Below the pieces are notes generated by a model. The model made no database searches. It worked only from the letters and a program-made list of their open reading frames with translations, and had not been told where the DNA came from. 64,000 bases of DNA. It comes from the human T2T-CHM13v2.0 reference genome, Homo sapiens. Position 1 is the first letter of the stretch. Each line of letters starts with the position of its first letter. The stretch is taken from the NCBI RefSeq assembly GCF_009914755.1, contig NC_060947.1; one strand, 5' to 3'. Made by a program: the position numbers and the translations under genes. Positions 55,920 through 64,000 of the stretch are shown here, in pieces.

Positions 55920-56405
55920 TGTAATAGTTATTTATTGCTATATAACACATTAACAATTTTTACCAGCCTAAAACAACAAAAATTTATTATTTCACACAGT
56001 GTCTGAGGATCAGGAATTCAGGGGCAGCTTAGCTGGGTGTTTCTGACTCAGGGACTGTCGTGAAGTTGTAGTCAAGCTGTCATCTGGGCCTGCAGTGATC
56101 TGAAAACTTGACTGGGGCTGGGGAATGTGCTTCCAGGAAGGCTCATCCACATGGTTGTGGACTGGAAGCCTCAGTTCCTCACCATGTGGGCCTCTCCACA
56201 GGGATGCCAGGATGTCCTCAGGACAAAATACTTGGCTTCCTTCAGAGTGATGAGAGAGGGCTCGCTCTTTTATAACCTAACCTTGGAAGTGACATGCCAT
56301 CCCTTCTGCTATATTCTATTGGTACAATGTGGAAGTAAACTACACAAGGATGTCAATGCCAGGATGTGGGGATCATTGAGAGCAATCTCAGAGAGGGGCT
56401 ACCTT
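55920..56405 (-). mobile_element. MaLR LTR (MLT1F/G-like)
   Basis: ttattgctatataac...aaaacaac..tttattatttcaca...caggaattcaggggcagcttagctggg. Confidence 0.75.
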
Positions 56406-56644
56406 ACCTCTCACACTCTAGGATGAACAGCAGTCCAGGGGCAAAACAGTGGTTGACATGAAGTCTTGATATAGACATTTTTGCCTTTGGGAGGGAGTCT
56501 ACAAAGACAAGATCAGAAAGCCAGTAATGGCCCTGGGGTTCCTTGAAAGTAGTATCTCTCATGACAGAAGCAGGCCTGAGTCAGGGCATTGGTGACAGCT
56601 GGTGAAAGAAACCAAAAAAGACTGACCTTCTTCTTCTGGCTTAG

Positions 56645-56746
56645 GATTCTTCATTTTTGTGTTTCACTGTGTGATGAAGGAGAGTGTGCGGGAGCAGTGG
56701 CAGATACACCTCTGCTGTGGGTGGTTGCGATTGGATAACTCTTCTG
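56645..56746 (+). CDS. ADGRG4: ADGRG4 exon, end of TM7 and helix 8 ([34 protein letters not shown])
   Basis: cttcttctggcttag / gtaaga; 102 nt, phase 1-1. Confidence 0.96.
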
Positions 56747-57433
56747 GTAAGATGTCAGTTTGGATGAAGTTTTGAATATTACATGTTTTACAAAACTGAT
56801 CAGATTAATTTGTCTCCTAACTTGAGTACTTACAGCATATCAGCATCAAAACACAGGCTGTTTCCATGTCATAAAAATGATTTGTGCTTTTGAGCTGAGA
56901 TGAGTGAAGTCAAGTGAAGAATGTGACTTGGGCCATATTTTAAACTAGGGATGCTTTTGTTTTGGCCCAGATTCCCTGGATTGCTTACCCTCACTGTCAC
57001 ATCAGTCTCAATTCAATTAAAAGAACACTGAATGCGTGCCTACTGTGTTCCAGGCACTGGGTCTCAGGGGCTTCTGGCTGGTAGCCAACAGTGGGTTGAG
57101 TGGATGTAGGAAGCAAGGAGTGGTGGTGGAGATGGAGAGAACTTATAAACATTCCTAAGATGCCTGGCCAGTGGGCTGTACAGGTGTACTGATGGCCCAC
57201 GAACTGGGGGATGTAGTGAACTCAGATGTTGCCTCTTAGCACTGGTGCTTCCCTTGAGAATGTTTCCACTGCAGGCAAACTGCTGTTCTATGTATCAAAA
57301 GGATCTTCCATTCAATTCAGGCAGCTTCTCTCAGTCTCAATACAAAGCCTAATCCATTTTCTTTAGTGAAGGCAGCACTTGAACTCTAAGATTCTACAAG
57401 TAGCACTGAGATTCCCCCCATTCCCCACTTTAT

Positions 57434-57915
57434 TTTATTTTTTTTCTTCCAGTATTTTATTTTATTTATTTATTTTTTTTATTATACTTTAAGTTTTAGG
57501 GTACATGTGCACATTGTGCAGGTTAGTTACATATGTATACATGTGCCATGCTGGTGTGCTGCACCCACTAACTCGTCATCTAGCATTAGGTATATCTCCC
57601 GATGCTATCCCTCCCCCCTCCCCGCACCCCACAACAGTCCCCAGAGTGTGATATTCCCCTTCCTGTGTCCACGTGATCTCATTGTTCAATTCCCACCTAT
57701 GAGTGAGAATATGAGGTGTTTGGTTTTTTGTTCTTGCGATAGTTTACTGAGAATGATGATTTCCAATTTCATCCATGTCCCTACAAAGGACATGAACTCA
57801 TCATTTTTTATGGCTGCATAGTATTCCATGGTGTATATGTGCCACATTTTCTTAATCCAGCCAGAATCTACAATGAACTCAAACAAATTTACGAGAAAAA
57901 AACAAACAACCCCAT
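57434..57915 (-). mobile_element. L1PA2-like 5'-truncated, 5'-inverted insertion
   Basis: antisense 3' UTR with gctagatgacGAGttagtggg (not the L1HS ACA/ACG); sense ORF2 piece at 57861-57915; 18-bp flanking duplication. Confidence 0.92.
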
Positions 57916-58080
57916 TCCCCACTTTATGCTGGCCATATCAGCAACCTGCTGGTCCTTGTGCTCTGGGAAAAGCAGGCATCCTTGGTATGTGAATTGTCTC
58001 TTCCTATACCACACATTACAGTACAAACCTACTTCTTACAACTTCATAGAAAAGCTGACTCCTTCAGGTACCCGGAATGA

Positions 58081-58448
<368 letters not shown>

Positions 58449-58539
58449 TGAAGTGTAATTTATATACCATACAATTCACTACTTTAAGTATAGAATTTCA
58501 TGAGTTTTATATTTTTAACTTTTCTTGGTATCATTTCAG

Positions 58540-58707
58540 ATGGGAGCAGCCGGTGTCAGATAAAGGTTGGATATAAACAGGAGGGACTAAAGAAAATCTT
58601 TGAGCACAAACTGTTGACGCCATCTCTCAAGTCAACTGCAACTAGCTCCACTTTCAAATCTTTAGGCTCTGCACAAGGCACACCTTCAGAAATAAGCTTT
58701 CCAAATG
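58540..58707 (+). CDS. ADGRG4: ADGRG4 exon, Ser/Thr-rich cytoplasmic tail (DGSSRCQIK...SEISFPN)
   Basis: catttcag / gtaaga; 168 nt, phase 1-1; ORF 58500..58766. Confidence 0.92.
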
Positions 58708-60833
58708 GTAAGAAAAAAAGGCTGTGTTGTCTACATTTATATTCCAGAGATATTGAATTAATGTGAGACCACATACTGGGTCTTGGATGATACTTCCTCT
58801 TCAAAACTAAATGCACATGTGCATGTGTATACCTCGACTCATTCTTGGCTGAGAAAGTGTGTATAGAAGCATAGAAATGTGTACAGAAGTGTGTATAGGT
58901 GTTTCTGTGCCTAGTAAATTTAGTAAGTATGAATGTGTTATTAGACTAATAGAGGAAAGAAGAGATGAGAGGTTAGAAAATTCATGAGTAATTAAAAACA
59001 ATTGTCACAGACCATTAAAACCAGAAGGAACCTTAGACATTGTCTAGTCCAATCCGTTCATTTTACAGTTGAGGAACCTCAATCAGAGAAAAGGAAAATG
59101 CCTTATTGACAGTCACTGAGCCCATCTTTACCATCCAGTAGAACTGGGGCCAGTCACTCAGCCCTCAGCCATCCAGCAGAACTGGGGCCAGAATTCAGGT
59201 CTTCTGGCTCTCAGGGCTAGTCCTATCAAGAAAACAGAGATACACATCACTCTTAGATGCTGAGCTTCTTCCATAGGAAGCCATATTTCTAAGCTGAGAC
59301 AGATGTTCAGTTGGGAATGGGGTGTTGTACCTAATTATGTAAAAAGAGAAAGTGTAGGAAAAGGATTGGCCTACAGGCTTAAAGTAAAGAGAAAGGCAAA
59401 GTGAGCAAGAACTTAAGAACTTCAGGATGATACTGTGATGAGTCTGCATTGTGTGCTTCTAGTTAGATGATAGTGCAGTGGTCTTTGGTTGCCTTTCTTT
59501 AAGACCAAAGTATACTCCAGTTCACACACACTTTGGTGGCCTGGCTGTAGTCATTCTCCTGCCTTCTCAGTGCTGGAGGTAGGACTGCCTCATTCGCTAG
59601 TATTTTTCTTTATGTTGGCTCCAAAAACCAGTTCTATGTCCAAGGGCTGAAGGCAATCTGGAAGCAGCATGGTGGGTTAAAAAAGCATCAAACTTGGAGT
59701 TGGAAGGCTTTGGTTCAGGTTCCAGCTCTGTCAGTCACTCTGTGACCTTGAGCACATCACTTCTCTGCTTGGAGCTACATTCTTTCTACCTTTCATATGA
59801 GGGGACTAGAATGGATAATCTCTTAAGTGCCTGCCAGTTTCAGGACCGTGTATGGGGCAACGCTATTTTCCAGTTTGGGCTGGTTGACTAGTGTATAGCA
59901 TCTCAGTCTCCCATCTTTGTGTGGGAAAGTTAGTGATGCACATGAGAAAAACCTTTCCCTGGCCACAAGCATTTATCAAACTCTGGCCAAGTAACCTGTG
60001 GATATGTCTTGGTGCTCATATAAAGTCACTGGGGTGCCATGACATAGACAAGGCATGGGTTGTGGGAGCTCCTTAGTAGATAATAGTTGGGGCTGGTTGG
60101 AAAATAACATTTTTCAAGAGGGTTATTTAGCATTGGATTTCTTGATGTCCCTGGGGACTATTTAATTAGCAAATATACAGCCCAATGTGTACATATTTTG
60201 CTTCAGAGGATCAGTAGCAAATACCATATCCAGGATATTGATGTTGTCTTACCAAGCAATCGACCTGGAAAACCAACATTAAAGTGCTCATCAGTTGAGA
60301 GGAACTGAGCCAGTGGGGCAGGTAGACCTGCCACAGGTTCTAAAACTGAAATCTGGGTCCTTCCATTGTACTAGTGACAGCCAGAAGCTTGATTCTATTA
60401 GCAGAGAGTGAAAAATCATGCCCTCTGTACCACCAGGCATTCTCAAGCTTGAGAAATAGCCAAACTTTCAGTGCAAGAATATCAAATATGTAAGGGGTAT
60501 AAATGTGTATGTTCACATTTTATGTCATCTTCTCTTGAAGGCCTCCGAGTTTGTACATAAATATCCTCTCCTAGGTTAAGGTTAAGGTCAATAATGCTGC
60601 CTCTTATTCACAATGTAGGAAGAACATATGCACTGGTTGTCCAAACAGTGCTGTCAGGATGAATTAATTCACCCCGGATTTTATATAAAACAGTCCAAAG
60701 AAAGCACCATATCCTTCCCTTCTCTTCTAATTGCTTTATTTTTTCCTTCATTTGATAAAATTTTCTTATGCTTCTACTATGTGCAAAGTCCCTGATGCCG
60801 CAGCTGAAAATTTTCTTTTTTTCTTTACTGCAG

Positions 60834-60871
60834 ATGACTTTGACAAAGATCCTTACTGTTCCTCTCCTTGA
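60834..60871 (+). CDS. ADGRG4: ADGRG4 terminal coding exon (DDFDKDPYCSSP*)
   Basis: long pyrimidine tract plus cag at 60831-33; TGA at 60869-71; matches my recollection of the GPR112 C-terminus. Confidence 0.9.
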
Positions 60872-60919
60872 TTTGTGAAGTTGTGCCTAATTATGTAAAA
60901 AGAATATAATACCTGTGGA

Positions 60920-60925
60920 AATAAA
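60920..60925 (+). terminator. Candidate polyadenylation signal AATAAA of ADGRG4
   Basis: AATAAA about 50 nt after the stop; further AATAAA at 61058 and 61114. Confidence 0.7.
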
Positions 60926-60936
60926 AATGAATTCCA

Positions 60937-61081
60937 AGTGTATACTTGCTCGGGTGATGGGTGCACCAAAATCTCACAAATCACCACTAAATAATGTACT
61001 CATGTAACCAAATGCTACCTGTTCCACCAAAACCTATGGAAATTTAAAAAAAACAAAAATAAAAAGCAAAACAAAAATCCC
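60937..61081 (+). mobile_element. Short L1PB-type 3' end
   Basis: tgctcgggtgatgggtgcaccaaaatctcacaaatcaccactaaa ... A-rich tail; 13-bp TSD aaaatgaattcca. Confidence 0.88.
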
Positions 61082-62726
61082 AAAATGAATTCCATTCACA
61101 AACAGAATTTTTCAATAAATCCCAGTAGAGATACTTGCCTCCTCCCAACCCCTGATTGGGGAAAAGGTTGAATTTGTGAAACAATCTGCTCCAACCTTCT
61201 ATTTTAATTATTATTTTGTAAGGGGAAGAATAACATTTGATAAATATTAAAGTCAGAATAATTCTCCTATTTGTCGTTATACTTATTTCTTTTTTGGATA
61301 AGATTTCAGGTTATTGTTATGATATATTAGAGGAGAAATTTCTACAGCATTGGAAATTTTGTTTTAAAAGCTTTAAGTATACACATCCTTAAAAAAATAA
61401 AAATCAAGACCAGGATCCTTACTTCCCTGCCATGGGAGCCAAACAATTTCAGGTGGTCAAAGTTTCAGGATGCCCAGTTGGCCTGAAACCCACAGAGGAA
61501 GTAGATAGGAAGAGCCACAAGGTCATACATTTTGGAAAAATACTCTGCCCTGTTGGCCTGTCATGACAAAGCACCTGAGATCCCCATTATTCAACTCACA
61601 CTTTTGATTGAAGCTCTTATTAAAATGTAAACATGTTTTGTGGAAAGGGTGGGTCATCAATCCACAGACACCCATAAATTCCTTAGTAAGGATGAATTTT
61701 TCAGCCAATACAGCCCTTCAAGGAATAGCAAGCAGGGTCCTGAGGAATAAAACAGAACAGAAACTGTTCAAAGCTGGTGGTTCTCTCTAGGAAGGAAAGG
61801 CCAGGTTGGGGTGAGCAGAACAGTAGAGGGATGGAGTGCAAAAAGGGCCACCCAAAGGCAACAGAGTGATCAATGAAGACGAATTTTGCCAGCTTTGCCT
61901 TCTGTGGCTTCCCAGTCAGGTGTGCTGCTCACATTTGTCCTTGGATAGAAATAAGTAAAGGAGGAACATTCTGGAAGGATACACAAGCAACTGGTATCAG
62001 TGGTTGCCTTCAGGAAGGGTAACAGGGTGTCTGGGGGCAGAGGAGGAAGAGACATTTACTTTTCACCCTATACCTCTTTGTATCTTTTGAATCTTGTATT
62101 GAGAGAATATATTACTGCTTGGAGCAATAAATAAATGAATACATAAATAAATAAGGATAACCAGACCCTTCCAGTGAGAAAGATAAACACCTACATTTCA
62201 ATACCAAAAATCAAGTTCCCCAGGACCCTTGTGAATATATATGATGCAGTGGGCTGTGGAGACAGCAGAATTGGGTTCAAATCCCAGCTCTGTCACTTTC
62301 TAGATGTGCGACCTCGTGATGTAATAATGATCATGCATGCATCCTAAAATTGAAGTGAAACTGAAATAAGATGAGGTCTGAAAATGTTCTAGCACAGTGT
62401 AACACAGTATATCTTCACTCCTTTCTCTTTCAAACCCCAATCAGCTTACCACTCATCCCCTCATGGCCCCAACCTACCATGTCTACCCCATTAAAGGTAT
62501 CACATTGATCTTCTAAGCAAAATTTAATGCTGACTACCAAACAGACTACAGCACTGGTGCCAGTCACTGGTATAAAACTCCTAGGTCTCCATTGTTCCCC
62601 CTAACACCTCACATAATATAAAAATTAGGTTGGCCCTTAGGCCCCCGAATATCTGCCATCAGAGTCAAATCCATTGTTCCCCATGTGGCTCCATGTGTAC
62701 TTTTTTGGTAGGGAAAGGTGAGTGAG

Positions 62727-62762
62727 TGTGTGTGTGTGTGTGTGTGTGTGTCCGTGTGTGTG
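62727..62762 (+). repeat. (TG)n microsatellite
   Basis: direct reading. Confidence 0.9.
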
Positions 62763-64000
62763 AAGGGACTAACATGAATAATGATCAAAGTGTCTTGAAT
62801 GTTACATGTCTTTGAACCGAAATATTAAGTCACTTTCACTCAAAAATAGATTTAAGGACAAGACTTGGTTGCAATTAGCACTTTTACAAATAAATGCATT
62901 TTGCAAGTGATTTGATTTGGGGGATCATTTTGGCTGTTAAAATGCCCATGATTGTATTTATTTTCAACAAGTAATAAAACCTTGATTGTTCTGCTGCTGC
63001 TGGAGTGATAAATGTACAGCCTATCTCTAATGACCTGACAGACTGTCGAGAACAGAAACGTTATTTGATAGAAAAGTTCATGATTCCTATCATGACACCC
63101 CTTGCTAATTAGGAAAACACAGGCTTTCTGCAATTTCAAAGGCAGTTTGAAATTGCAGGGAAAACACTGATTAAATATCTTACTGGCATCCTTTGGCTTG
63201 CTTTTCCTGGGCGCACAAAATGACTGATACTTGTGTGAAGGTGGACCCAAGTAATTATGGAAAAAAGACCCTAGAAACTTTGGACTGCTTTCAATCAACA
63301 ATCAACTCCCAAGTATTCACAGAGTCCTGACATGGAGGGAAAGATATAGACACATCATACTTAGGCCACTACCTCCAGCAGTTTACTGTATACTTGGGGA
63401 GACCAGATGCATACACTGGAATAGTGAATGATTAGAGCAAGGATATGATAGAAGAAAGTGCTTTACAGGTAGGAAGTCACAGAGGATTTAGTCAGGCTGA
63501 GAGTAGGGTATTCCAGGTGGGGCCAATGGTGGCGGGGGTGGACATTTGAATAAGACAGGACTCTATTTCTCAATACCACAGGCAAATTGTCTTTATTAAG
63601 CATTGATCAGCAAATTTACAAAGCCCCCTGGAACCTCAGGGCATGGACTTTTCATTCTCTGCTGCACCCTGGGTACCCTGTGGGCAAGTGGCAAACACTG
63701 AATGGTACTAAACTCTCTCTGAGGCATGTCTGAGGAAGCTCCTGCGCAGAATCCTAATCCTTATCATTTTGTCCAAAGTCCCAAAGATGACAGTGACCAT
63801 CTGTGATGGCCCACTTCCCCTGTACCCAGGAATATGGGAAGGTTGGGGAGGGGGCAGAAAGCTAAGAGGAGGTAAGGCTTGTATCTCTAATAGCTCAAGC
63901 CTATGATGTGTTTCTGGTCCTGACCTTCAAGCATTTAGGGTACACAAGGAGCTTGGAGCAACGAAGGAAGGACCTAATTATACCTGTCTTGATTAGGCAA

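Noticed and set aside
62852-63301. 149-aa minus-strand ORF downstream of the gene
   Set aside because: Non-ATG start, no recognisable domain or exon structure.

Overview
Primate (most likely human) genomic DNA. The window holds the 3' part of the adhesion GPCR gene ADGRG4 (GPR112; Xq26.3 from prior knowledge) on the + strand. I traced 18 GT-AG coding exons from 451 to the stop at 60871. They splice into one open frame of 2356 nt (about 784 aa): a possible SEA-like segment, a Cys/Trp HormR-like module, GAIN/GPS (CDHL|THFGVLM), 7TM, and a tail ending DDFDKDPYCSSP*. A poly(A) signal follows about 50 nt after the stop. The introns are rich in Alu, L1, L2, MIR, MaLR/HERV-L and DNA-transposon fossils. 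The most notable oddities are: (1) two ~86%-identical ~100-bp copies that each look like a self-contained mini-intron and bracket the first GPS exon, one forming an AG|GT recursive-splice-like site and the other closing a purine-rich candidate poison exon; (2) a single-LTR HERV-L fragment that ends at an internal CA yet has an apparent 5-bp target duplication; (3) a fused inverted Alu hairpin in the intron that splits the Stachel; (4) an L1 inserted at the poly(A) site; (5) an intron read-through that could replace the end of TM7; (6) a twin-primed L1PA2-like insertion. Repeat families were called by eye and repeat boundaries are approximate. No wholly new biological system is established here; the findings are testable hypotheses.
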